Positions 49,985 to 59,273 of a stretch of 64,000 nucleotides of DNA are shown in pieces. A model generated the notes under the pieces. That model was given only the letters and a program-made list of their open reading frames with translations. It ran no database searches and had not been told where the DNA came from. The translations under genes were made by a program, and so were the position numbers. The stretch covers positions 125,164-189,163 of the forward strand of contig JBEKTQ010000007.1 in the NCBI GenBank assembly GCA_049515895.1, read 5' to 3'. Position 1 is the first letter of the stretch. Each line of letters opens with the position of its first letter. The stretch comes from Candidatus Bathyarchaeia archaeon (lineage in GTDB: Archaea; Thermoproteota; Bathyarchaeia; Bathyarchaeales; Bathycorpusculaceae).

Positions 49985-50229
49985 CTGGTTTTTCGGGGAT
50001 TTTTGCGGAATTTTTATTGTTTGTGTTTTGGGTTGCTTTGCTTGTTTTGGGCTCGGATCTGTTGCAGGTTGCGTCTCCTATCGTCTCCTAAAGTCTCCTA
50101 TCGTCCGCCATAGTCTGCCAAAGTCCCGCAAAGTCTCCTAAAGTCCGCTATCGTCTGCCAAAGTCTCCTAAAGTCCCTAACGTCAACAAAAGTCAACTAA
50201 CGTCAGCCAACGTCAACTAAAGTCAAAAG
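49985..50229. repeat. Element B: G/T-rich tail plus 16-unit 10-bp tandem array (inverted relative to array A)
   Basis: Units such as AAGTCTCCTA, TCGTCTGCCA and AAGTCAACTA at 50071-50229; the reverse complement of 49985-50075 aligns with 32778-32867. Confidence 0.9.
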
Positions 50230-50258
50230 TTGAATGATTAAAAAATGGAAGAAATAAA

Positions 50259-50528
50259 ATGCCCCTAACTGAAAAAATTACGTTTAAAAGCGTGCTTCAA
50301 AAAGGCAACAGAATACAAGTCCCACAGTTGATTCGCTGGCAATTCAAATTGCAACCCGACCAAATCCTAAAAGTCAGCGAAGCCGAACGCGCCGGTTACG
50401 AGCCTTTCTACGCGAAAATGGGCAAGGATGGACGCATCTACATTCCAAAAGCGGAATTGATCGCCGCGTTTGGAAAAGTGGACAATTTAGCAGGCTGCCT
50501 CCTAGAAATAATGGTTGAACCTGTATAA
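50259..50528 (+). CDS. Tandem AbrB/MazE/SpoVT-like (swapped-hairpin) DNA-binding protein
   Basis: Two motifs, LQKGNRIQVPQLIR and MGKDGRIYIPK. Confidence 0.75.
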   Translation: MPLTEKITFKSVLQKGNRIQVPQLIRWQFKLQPDQILKVSEAERAGYEPFYAKMGKDGRIYIPKAELIAAFGKVDNLAGCLLEIMVEPV

Positions 50529-51513
50529 AATCAACCGCAAGTGATTCCTGGGAAGGATGCTGGTTATTCGTACGTAGATGAACTTGCTGGCTCAAAATAG
50601 CCTTGGTCTTGTATCTCCAACTTGTAAAAACACACATAACTTAACTCAAAAGGTTAAAATTGGGCTTTTCTTGATTTCTGAACACCAGACTTCTTTAAGT
50701 TTTGAGCTGGAAACGCCTTGTGGGATGTATTTGCTTCCGGTTAGCTCTTTGAAACAACACAAATCTTATATCTTACTATTGGTGATGTATTTTCAAAGAC
50801 AACTGTATTGGTTCAGCTTGTCTTGCTGCATGTTTCCGAAATAAGAGGGATAATAAAATGAATAATCGATCTAAATCTAACAAGGAAAAGCTGGATAGTG
50901 GCGTTATTCCAATAGTTTTGACGCTAAATGACGTCCCAATTGAATTAAGAAAAAAAACTGCGAGCGAACCAACTTACATTGACCATTTATAAAAACAGCT
51001 GTATTAACACTATTTTAAAGAAAAAACACAGAAGGCAAGAATCATAATAATTTCATCCAATGATCAAGCATTAACATCAGTCATTTTCATTCGACTTAGC
51101 CTTAATGAATAACGGAAAGACCCTTATCTGAGATTGAAAGAAATGAAAGAAGCAGAACCTTGATTTTGCTAAGACACCAAAACTGGGAAAGAAACAGAGC
51201 AAAGAAATAGTTGTAGTAAAAGCTAAGAGCCGCAATAACTAAAGAATGATAAGAGACAAATGTCCGGAAATAAAGTGATTGGCTTTACAGAGTTTTTTGG
51301 CAAGGTAAACGCAATAGTAGTTAAAGACGGAAAAGTTGAACTCCAAGAAACCGAAATTAAAAGGTCTGATTGTTGCTGGAAAGATTAGAAAGCATAACTC
51401 GCAGTATTTTGCCAATTTTTCAACATTACGAGAAGTCTTAATCTGCTTTAGCGTAGAAATCGGGTGATAACAAAAAACATTATAGAAAGTGAATGTATTA
51501 TCGATTGGTGCTC

Positions 51514-53115
51514 ATGAAAAGAACAGCGTTAGCGCTAACATTAATCTTTGCACTCTCAGTATCCACGATGGTTGGAGTTACCACTGTACATTTTGGCGAG
51601 GCTCAAAGCGGTACCAACGTAACTGGCATAATTGTTTCCGACACCACTTGGACGCTAGCAAACAGCCCTTATAATTTAACTGGAAATGTTCTTGTAAATA
51701 ACGGTGCAATTTTGTACATTCAAGCAGGAACTATAGTGAATCTTGGAAGTTACTACATAGAAGTAAACGGTACCTTGCAAGCAATCGGATACGGCGCCAA
51801 TTCAATCACTTTCAACGGGGGGCAAATCACTTTTACTCAATACAGCACTAACTGGAATGAATCCAGCGGTACAGGTTGCATTATTCAGAATGCAAATTTG
51901 ACCAGTGATTTAACGTTAAGTAATTCTGCAAAAATAAGCAGTAACTCTATTTACGGGAAAATCACTACAAATGATTACACCAATGAGTACGCAGAATCGA
52001 TAATTTCTAATAACATTATTGAAGGCGGAGTTGTCCTTGAAGGTCAGGATCTAGTTTTGAATAACACAATTCTAAACCAAGGAATAACTATTTGGAGTAC
52101 AAACGCAACCGTTTCTGGCAATATTATCTCAGGATCCTCAGCAGGAATTACTGATTACACTGATTTTTGGGATAATTCGAACCCAAACGCTTGGAATAAT
52201 TGCACCGCACTTATACAATCAAACTTGATACTCAATAATAGTTATGGTATTGAACTCAAAGAACAGCAAGGTTCAAAACCTAATAGTCCTGTTATCTTAA
52301 ACAACACTATCACAAATAATACTGTCGGAATTTACATTACATGGATCGGATTGGCTGCGCCTCAGCCAGAAATTCTGAATAATAATATTTATAGCAATAG
52401 CAATTACAATATTGAAATAAGCGTTCCAACCGATGAAAACGCCACCTATAACTGGTGGGGAACAAACGGCACTCAGCCGATAAGTCAGACAATTTATGAT
52501 TATTATGATGATTTTAACTTAGGTATAGTTACATATGTCCCGTTCTTAACTGCTCCTAATACGGATGCGCCAACTTATGTTAACGTCTCTACTGGAGTCG
52601 GCGGGTCTATTAATCCAAGTGGAATTATACGCGTTAATTACGGAGGTAATCAAAGTTTCAATATAAAGCCAAATACAGGCTACTATACAACCGAGGTTTA
52701 CGTGAATGGAACTTCTGTTGGCGCAGTTAGTTCCTATTTTGTTCAGAACATTAATGGTGCAACAACCATCTCAGCAACATTTGCACCTAACCCCACTCCC
52801 ACTCCAACTCCAAGTCCAACACCTTCACCAACAACAAGTCCAACGCCTACTCCTTCACCAACTGCAAGCCCAACACCTGCACCAACTGCACCTTCAACAT
52901 CAACAGCTACCTCAGCGCCTCATCCAAGTCCGACAGCAAGTCCAAAGGCTACCCCTACTTCACTTGCAACAACTCAATCAACACCTTCTCCAACGCGTAC
53001 CGTTCCAGAGTTTCCAACTTTGATAATTCCGCCAGTTCTTGCAGGAATAATACTGCTATCAATCGTGTTTGTAAGAAAGAGAATATTAAAGAATAGATCA
53101 CTAAAGTCTTTTTGA
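51514..53115 (+). CDS. Cell-surface parallel beta-helix (NosD/CASH-like) protein with Pro/Thr linker and PEF anchor
   Basis: Signal peptide, SPY.LTGNV, N/I-rich repeats, NATYNWWG, PT repeats, VPEFP + TM + RKR. Confidence 0.85.
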   Translation: MKRTALALTLIFALSVSTMVGVTTVHFGEAQSGTNVTGIIVSDTTWTLANSPYNLTGNVLVNNGAILYIQAGTIVNLGSYYIEVNGTLQAIGYGANSITFNGGQITFTQYSTNWNESSGTGCIIQNANLTSDLTLSNSAKISSNSIYGKITTNDYTNEYAESIISNNIIEGGVVLEGQDLVLNNTILNQGITIWSTNATVSGNIISGSSAGITDYTDFWDNSNPNAWNNCTALIQSNLILNNSYGIELKEQQGSKPNSPVILNNTITNNTVGIYITWIGLAAPQPEILNNNIYSNSNYNIEISVPTDENATYNWWGTNGTQPISQTIYDYYDDFNLGIVTYVPFLTAPNTDAPTYVNVSTGVGGSINPSGIIRVNYGGNQSFNIKPNTGYYTTEVYVNGTSVGAVSSYFVQNINGATTISATFAPNPTPTPTPSPTPSPTTSPTPTPSPTASPTPAPTAPSTSTATSAPHPSPTASPKATPTSLATTQSTPSPTRTVPEFPTLIIPPVLAGIILLSIVFVRKRILKNRSLKSF

Positions 53116-53349
53116 AATCAGCTTATGGGGAGTTTGCGTGATCCCAAATTAGAATTCGGTTCTTGCCTTTTCAACATGGAAAGACAACTATTAACAGTTT
53201 AAGTCACGGTTAAAATAATGTTAGATTTTCAAAATGACACAACTTCCTTCAGTGAAATGCAATTATTCTTTAGAATACTTGAATTAAGCTGACTTAAACT
53301 TTTCCTTAAGACTATCATGAATTTGCGGAGAAGCTAAAGTAAAACGGTT

Positions 53350-53757
53350 TCAAAGTTTCTTGTGTTCCAACAGAATTTGTTGCATACATTTTTCAAGGAA
53401 ACCAAAGTTTTCGGCAAGGAAAAGATGGCTTTCGCAGTGACAGTCTGAGCATCCGAAGCCAGCAACGGACTCGGCGTTCCTTTTCAATAGGCGCGCGATT
53501 TTGCATTCTTTGGCCCTGTCACCCTGCGCATAGTAAACGCCAACCACCTTTGCTGCCTCGTCGTTTAGCAGGTAGTCAATATGCCAAAACAAGCGTTTTT
53601 CGCTACTTTGATGCCTCTTCACCCTTAGCTCCAGATTGTTTTGGGCTGAACCAACGTAAGCATACAGGCCCGATGGGAAGGTCAGCAAACCTAAGGCTCC
53701 GATGTCTACACTGATTGTTTTGCTTACCTCGACGATTAACACGTATATGCCCTTCAA
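53350..53757 (-). CDS. GIY-YIG (Uri superfamily, DUF123-like) endonuclease
   Basis: GIY, YAYVGSA, WHIDYL and GFGCSDC.C.SHL motifs. Confidence 0.88.
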   Translation of the reverse strand: MKGIYVLIVEVSKTISVDIGALGLLTFPSGLYAYVGSAQNNLELRVKRHQSSEKRLFWHIDYLLNDEAAKVVGVYYAQGDRAKECKIARLLKRNAESVAGFGCSDCHCESHLFLAENFGFLEKCMQQILLEHKKL

Positions 53758-53896
53758 CAGTTGCTCCCTCTCAATTGCATTTAATAATGGTGTCTTGACT
53801 GATTTAAGTCAAGGTTTCTTGACTAATAGAGAAAAAAATTTGCAGGTGTCTTCTTTAGTTTGCCAAAAAAAAGAAGCCTGCGGAACCGCGCTAGGT

Positions 53897-54829
53897 TCAG
53901 TTTGGCTTCAGCTTTTCGTGATGTTTCTTTCTTTCAAACCACTCTTTCGTTTTTTCGTTTATTTTGTCTCGGATCTCCCGGAATTTGGCTAATTTTTCCT
54001 CTTCCGTCCCCTGACATGCTGCGGGGTCTTCGAAGGGCCAGTACAGTCTTGTGCCCACCCCGGGTATGGTTGGGCACTTCTCTTCTGCTTTTACACAAAC
54101 CGTTATGACTATTCCGAAATGTACCTTTCCAAGATACTGCGACAGATCCTTAGGATATTGATCTTTTAGGTCATATCCTATTTCTTTCATAACCTGAATT
54201 GTATAGGGGTGAATCGGCCGAGGGTCGAAGCCTGCGCTGTAAACCTCAAAACGGTCACCAGCATACCCTCTCAGAAATGCTTCTGCCATTTGGCTTCGTG
54301 CCGAATTTCCCGTGCACAGAAAAATGACCTTGGGCTTTTGTAGTGCGCGCTCGCTAAGGTAACTAAACTTTTCAGTTATCCACTTTTTCATTTCATCTCT
54401 CGTGTGACGGAAAGCTGCCAGTTTTTCTTCTTCAGTCCCTTGAACTTCAGAGGGGTCATCGAAAGGATGATCCAAATAATCTTTTGCTTTGGGCAGTCTT
54501 GAGTTAATCAACTCAGGTTTGCCCATGACTATTGGGGAGGCGCAAATGGCACAATTTAGTTTCGAGCCGCCATGGCAAACTGAAACAACCAAGTCGATAT
54601 CGACGTCTCTGAAAACATCAAGGCTTTTAGAAAATTGACCAGAAATATCTATCCCTATCTCATCCATAACCTTAATGGCCAAGGGATTCACGTGCGTGGG
54701 ATTTGTACCCCCACTAAAAACCTCATACTCGTCGCCATACAAGTGTCTAAGCAACCCTTCAGCTATCTGAGACCTGGCAGAATTATGAGTACATAAGAAC
54801 AAGACTTTAGTTTTAGACATAAGACTCAT
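53897..54829 (-). CDS. arsC: Tandem (two-domain) thioredoxin-type arsenate reductase
   Basis: Two LMW-PTP domains, CTHNSARSQ and CTGNSARSQ, each with F(D/E)DP. Confidence 0.88.
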   Translation of the reverse strand: MSLMSKTKVLFLCTHNSARSQIAEGLLRHLYGDEYEVFSGGTNPTHVNPLAIKVMDEIGIDISGQFSKSLDVFRDVDIDLVVSVCHGGSKLNCAICASPIVMGKPELINSRLPKAKDYLDHPFDDPSEVQGTEEEKLAAFRHTRDEMKKWITEKFSYLSERALQKPKVIFLCTGNSARSQMAEAFLRGYAGDRFEVYSAGFDPRPIHPYTIQVMKEIGYDLKDQYPKDLSQYLGKVHFGIVITVCVKAEEKCPTIPGVGTRLYWPFEDPAACQGTEEEKLAKFREIRDKINEKTKEWFERKKHHEKLKPN

Positions 54830-54899
54830 CCCAAACGATTCTTTGGAAACATAAAAATCTCATCAATATATTCTCTATAGGCATAAATTTTTTCACCTT

Positions 54900-55241
54900 T
54901 CAAGTAGTCCAGAAAGAAAACACTTCCACACTATCTTTTTCAAATTGCTTTTTTAAAATAGCCTTAACCTCGTCCTCGTCTAGGTTCAGAACCCCGTTTT
55001 TGTCTTTGTGTAGAGGAATGCCAGTTTCTCTCAATTTGTCGCCCTTTGGAAAATCAAAAAACATGAAATAGCGCTTATCGTGCAGCATTATGATTCTTAA
55101 CGTGGAGAGCTCCTTGTTTGGTGAGAGGCCATTTTGCTCAATGATAAAAGTTATTGAACGCGGTTTCTTCTCACTAACTAGTCGTTTGTATTCTTCCCAA
55201 TCTCTTATTCTTATATGACCGTTATTCATCTGATTCGTCAT
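54900..55241 (-). CDS. Hypothetical protein
   Basis: 113-aa ORF within the arsenic cluster (LRETGIP motif). Confidence 0.65.
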   Translation of the reverse strand: MTNQMNNGHIRIRDWEEYKRLVSEKKPRSITFIIEQNGLSPNKELSTLRIIMLHDKRYFMFFDFPKGDKLRETGIPLHKDKNGVLNLDEDEVKAILKKQFEKDSVEVFSFWTT

Positions 55242-55251
55242 CTAGAGTCGC

Positions 55252-55431
55252 CTAACCCTCACTGCAGGCAACGCCGCACTCCATTGCCTTGACATATTTT
55301 TCAGCGTCTTCTTTGTTTTTAAACGGTCCGTAAATAATATCGAATTGAGGGTACGTTTCCTTGCGCGGTTCCTTTTCGCTCTCGAATATTTCGGGTTGAG
55401 CTTTTTCTTTTAATCCAACGTACAGTTTCAT
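55252..55431 (-). CDS. Small hypothetical protein (59 aa) with C-terminal CGVAC
   Basis: Below track cutoff. MKLYVGLKEKAQPEIFESEKEPRKETYPQFDIIYGPFKNKEDAEKYVKAMECGVACSEG, with AGGAG RBS upstream. Confidence 0.7.
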   Translation of the reverse strand: MKLYVGLKEKAQPEIFESEKEPRKETYPQFDIIYGPFKNKEDAEKYVKAMECGVACSEG

Positions 55432-55452
55432 ATTGGTTTACTCCTTTAGTTC

Positions 55453-55499
55453 TTGGCTTCTGCTGTATTCTCGACACAGACAGATAGTATTCTTTTCAA
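55453..55499 (-). pseudogene. 5' remnant of a third arsC (LMW-PTP) gene
   Basis: AGGAG RBS, then TTG: MKRILSVCVEN-[1-nt frameshift]-SRSQ. This rebuilds the CX5R P-loop; the rest of the gene is missing. Confidence 0.6.
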
Positions 55500-55528
55500 G
55501 TTTCATTCTCCTTTTTTGTACATACATG

Positions 55529-55822
55529 TTATTTACCTGGAATTTGCTTCCCGCTGTTTTCTGATATCTGTCGAGTCTCTGTTTTCGAAGGGTGTTTGAT
55601 TGCGCCAGCTGGACATATTGCGTCGCAGCCGTTGCATAAGACAACGCAGTTGTTTGGGTTTTTTACTATTGGTCTCTTGTTTCCGTTTTTTTCTTCAAGT
55701 TCGTATGTACCTAGTTTGCAGTATTCTACGCATTTTCCACAGCTTACGCATTTTTCGTAGTCTATAGTAGGGTGCCAGGGGATTTTATCTCTCGGGATTC
55801 CATGCCAAGTTTCTTGCGACAT
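55529..55822 (-). CDS. 2x[4Fe-4S] ferredoxin family protein
   Basis: CVSCGKCVEYC and CVVLCNGCDAICP motifs. Confidence 0.88.
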   Translation of the reverse strand: MSQETWHGIPRDKIPWHPTIDYEKCVSCGKCVEYCKLGTYELEEKNGNKRPIVKNPNNCVVLCNGCDAICPAGAIKHPSKTETRQISENSGKQIPGK

Positions 55823-56003
55823 AAGTTGACCCTTCGTCTTGCTCTTTTTTTAATCCCTATTGGCAAGGGATATGTATTTAAGTAGATTGGTAGGAAAAAT
55901 CTCTTTTACTATTTAATTTACAGATTATATAATATTCTTATTTTTCTGATTTTTCAGAAAGGCTTAAGTAGTTAGAAGTGCATTTCTTTGGCGGTGATCA
56001 AGC

Positions 56004-56255
56004 ATGACAAGTTGTGAAGGTGACACCTGCAGGATTGATGCAGTTATAACGATGGATGCTAAAGGGCAAATCGTGCTCCCAAAAGACTTGCGCGAGAGGG
56101 CGAACATAAAGCCAAATGACAAGATAGCGGTCGTGGCTTGCGAGAAAGAGGGTGAAGTTTGCTGTATTATGATGGTAAAAGCCGAGCGACTAATAGGTGC
56201 CGTAACTAAAACGCTTGGTCCATTGCTTAAAGGAGTAACTAATCAGGAGAGTTAA
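56004..56255 (+). CDS. Cys-rich AbrB-family protein (resembles HgcAB-associated protein family)
   Basis: [21 protein letters not shown]...DKIAVV...VCCI pattern; directly upstream of arsM. Confidence 0.75.
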   Translation: MTSCEGDTCRIDAVITMDAKGQIVLPKDLRERANIKPNDKIAVVACEKEGEVCCIMMVKAERLIGAVTKTLGPLLKGVTNQES

Positions 56256-56257
56256 CT

Positions 56258-57085
56258 ATGAGAGAAGAAAAAGTTAAGAAATTGGTTAGAAATCGTTACG
56301 CAAAAGTCGCTAAAACCAGCGGTTCTTGTTGCGCTTCAAATATTAGCTGCTGCTCAGCTCCCACAAACGAGCAGGTAAGTAAAATGATTGGTTATAGCGA
56401 AGAAGAGATGAAGGCAGTTCCAGAAGGCGCTAATCTCGGTTTAGGATGTGGCAATCCAACGGCTTTAGCTTCTTTGAAAGCGGGCGAAAGAGTTTTGGAT
56501 TTGGGTTCAGGTCCAGGCTTTGACTGCTTTTTGGCGGCTAAGAAAGTGGGAAAGCTGGGAAAAGTTATCGGCGTAGATATGACTCCTGAAATGCTTGACA
56601 AGGCACGAGGGAACGCAAAAAAAGGTAAATACACGAACGTTGAATTTAGGCTCGGAGAAATCGAGAATCTACCCGTGGCTGACAACTCAGTTGATGTCAT
56701 AATCTCAAACTGCGTAATCAACCTCGCCCCGAACAAGAAGCGGGTTTTTGAAGAGGCTTTCAGAGTTCTTGCCCCAAGCGGTCGATTAATGATTTCGGAC
56801 ATTGTTCTCTTAAAAGAATTGCCTGAATCTATTCAAAATAATGTCGAAGCATATGCTGGGTGCATTTCTGGAGCTGAAATCAAAGACGAGTACCTTGAGC
56901 TAATACGAAAAGCTGGATTCCAAGAAGTAAAAGTCATAGAAGAAAAAACCTACCCGCTTGAATACATCATAAGCGAATCCACGTTGAAAGAAGCAATCAA
57001 AATCGCAAACATGACAGAAGAAGAGGTAAAGGAAGCAGCAAACACTGTGGTAAGCGTAAAAGTATCAGCTGTGAAAACAAAATAA
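56258..57085 (+). CDS. arsM: Arsenite S-adenosylmethyltransferase
   Basis: N-terminal [29 protein letters not shown] and GCISGA motifs. Confidence 0.93.
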   Translation: MREEKVKKLVRNRYAKVAKTSGSCCASNISCCSAPTNEQVSKMIGYSEEEMKAVPEGANLGLGCGNPTALASLKAGERVLDLGSGPGFDCFLAAKKVGKLGKVIGVDMTPEMLDKARGNAKKGKYTNVEFRLGEIENLPVADNSVDVIISNCVINLAPNKKRVFEEAFRVLAPSGRLMISDIVLLKELPESIQNNVEAYAGCISGAEIKDEYLELIRKAGFQEVKVIEEKTYPLEYIISESTLKEAIKIANMTEEEVKEAANTVVSVKVSAVKTK

Positions 57086-57119
57086 CGCACTCTAAGACAA
57101 AATGTTAAGGATGGTTTTT

Positions 57120-57686
57120 ATGAAAAATTCGTTAGGAGCAAAGACTATCGTTCCAACGACTCCTGTCTGGGTTGTAGGAACCTATGACAAAAAGGGAAAA
57201 CCGAATGCTATGACTGCTGCCTGGGGAGGAATTTGTTGTTCCCAGCCCCCGTGCATCTATGTATCCCTAAGAAAAGCAACTTATACTTACAGTAATATTT
57301 TGGAACGGAAAGCGTTTACGGTGAGTATTCCATCCGAAACCTATGCTAAGGAGGCTGATTATTTCGGCATCACTTCTGGGAAAACGGTGGATAAATTCTC
57401 AGCAACAAGGCTAACTCCTGTGAGAAGCGATCTTGTTGATGCACCATATGTGAAAGAGTTTCCTCTTACTTTAGAGTGCAAGGTTATTCGAGTAATTGAA
57501 ATTGGGCTGCACACAGAGTTCATCGGTGAAATCGTAGATGTCAAAGCTGATTCTGTCGTGCTTAATGAACGGAACCTTCCAGACATTGAAAAAGTGAAAC
57601 CGATCATCTGGAATCCTGCAGACATGACATATCATAAAGTTGGGAAAAGCGTCGGACAAGCATTCTCAATTGGAAAAGACATATGA
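57120..57686 (+). CDS. Flavin reductase / flavoredoxin family protein
   Basis: [15 protein letters not shown]...DK, LECKV and G.HT.FIGEI motifs. Confidence 0.88.
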   Translation: MKNSLGAKTIVPTTPVWVVGTYDKKGKPNAMTAAWGGICCSQPPCIYVSLRKATYTYSNILERKAFTVSIPSETYAKEADYFGITSGKTVDKFSATRLTPVRSDLVDAPYVKEFPLTLECKVIRVIEIGLHTEFIGEIVDVKADSVVLNERNLPDIEKVKPIIWNPADMTYHKVGKSVGQAFSIGKDI

Positions 57687-57980
57687 GCGCTACGCCCTCG
57701 TGATTTTGCCTCTTAGTAAATCCTTATCTTTGTTTTCAATGCGATTTTTTCCTTCGGTCATCAGAGAATAGCTGGTGTATAATCATTTTTTGAAGCAAAA
57801 CTGCTTTCCATTTAATTTTTTTGTCCTTTTTAAATGAAAAATTGCGCTTATTCGCTAAAATTCGCCCTGCGAAAATTAGGTAAGTTACTTATACTAAAAG
57901 GAGGTAAGGGGGTTCTGCTGAGAGAAGAGGCGCTTTTCTGCTTCTTCCCAGCGCTAAACAAAATTAGGAGAAAAATAAAA

Positions 57981-58571
57981 ATGGTAAAAAACAAAATTGC
58001 AGCCATAATAATTTGCATATTCTTTATACTTTCAATGATAGGTTCAATAACGTTAATACCAAACGCAAACGCGCATTCACCGCCATGGCAGATTCCAACA
58101 TACGCTTACCTTGAAGTAAATCCTAACCCAGCAGGTGTTGGCCAAACAGTTAACGTTGGCTTCTGGCTCGGTTTACCGACACCAACCGCAAGCGGCGTTT
58201 ACGGCGATCGATGGACCGGTTTGTCAGTAACAGTCAAGTTGCCTGATGGAACCACCTCAAAACTAGGAAGCTTTACAGCCGACGATACTGGAGGGACACA
58301 CACAGACTATACACCCACTCAAGTCGGAAACTACACTTTCCAGATGAGCTTTCCTGGGCAAACACTAGCAGGAACGAATCTTATATCCACAGCAACTGCA
58401 GCAACAAAGGCATTCATCGGTGATTATTATGAACCGAGCACTAGCCCAACATACACGCTTGAAGTACAACAAGCTCCAGTACCATCAATACCCCAAACTC
58501 CGCTTCCGACAAGTTACTGGACGCGCCCAATCGAATCAGTTAACGGATTATGGTATAGTATATATAAGTAG
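57981..58571 (+). pseudogene. Truncated large secreted surface protein (N-terminal Ig-like part of a PQQ-propeller-type protein)
   Basis: GGAG RBS, signal peptide, PNP.GVGQ.V and PLPTSYWTRPI motifs; stops abruptly at WYSIYK with no propeller or anchor, followed by AT-rich DNA. Confidence 0.6.
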
Positions 58572-58742
58572 ACACTTACTTTTTTAAGTATAATTTGCCT
58601 GTGACAATAACCTTCTTGAGTGTTAAAACTACTTTTTGGCGCCACGGAGAGCTAAGTGAAAATGTTAGAATTTATCTAGAGATAAAATGCCTAAAATCAA
58701 GGTTTAACTAATTAGTTTAAAGAATAGCCACTTTTGTAACTC

Positions 58743-59273
58743 TTAGAAAACTCGCATGTGTTCAAGTTTTCTTTTTCCAAGGAACTTGCGATGTGGTATC
58801 TTTGCTCTGTTAAATTCCTGTATTCGTTGCACGGCACAACCAGTAATCTTCCGAAGTCTGGGAAGGCGGCTTTCCGCATACTTTTTGTCATTTTCATTGT
58901 AATTGGCGAAATTAGAAATCCCCATGAGTGCAGCACCTAGCTCTTCATCGATTGAATCTGTCTTTTCAATCCCTCCTTCACGTTCAAAAGGGATAAACCA
59001 AACACGATATTTAAGATTTTCATTAATTTGTTGTAGTAGTTTTTCCATGTTATCTGTTGAACTTGTATTTCGCGTTTTGATTGCATGGTCGCAATCATAA
59101 TATAAATTCCGTATCACTATCCTGATATTTCCAATTGGTTCTATTAGTCTATTCCAGTTATCTTTCATTGTATTGTATTGGAGTGACTTTTTTTCAAGAA
59201 TTAGCCCTGAGCCTACTCCTATTAGAAAAGTGATAGCATAACCCAAAAGCACTATGACCGAATCTACAGCCAT
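58743..59273 (-). CDS. Hypothetical protein with N-terminal TM helix
   Basis: 176-aa AT-rich ORF overlapping the GT2 stop. Confidence 0.55.
   Translation of the reverse strand: MAVDSVIVLLGYAITFLIGVGSGLILEKKSLQYNTMKDNWNRLIEPIGNIRIVIRNLYYDCDHAIKTRNTSSTDNMEKLLQQINENLKYRVWFIPFEREGGIEKTDSIDEELGAALMGISNFANYNENDKKYAESRLPRLRKITGCAVQRIQEFNRAKIPHRKFLGKRKLEHMRVF

Noticed and set aside
50858-51388. Short AT-rich ORFs (44 aa at 50858; 42 aa at 51260)
   Set aside because: No recognisable motifs; possibly decayed genes, but not supportable from sequence alone.
52706-53023. Gln/Leu/His-rich ORF
   Set aside because: Alternate frame of the Pro/Thr linker of the surface protein.
57834-57980. Extended N-terminus of the 57834 ORF
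   Set aside because: The signal peptide and GGAG RBS indicate a start at 57981.
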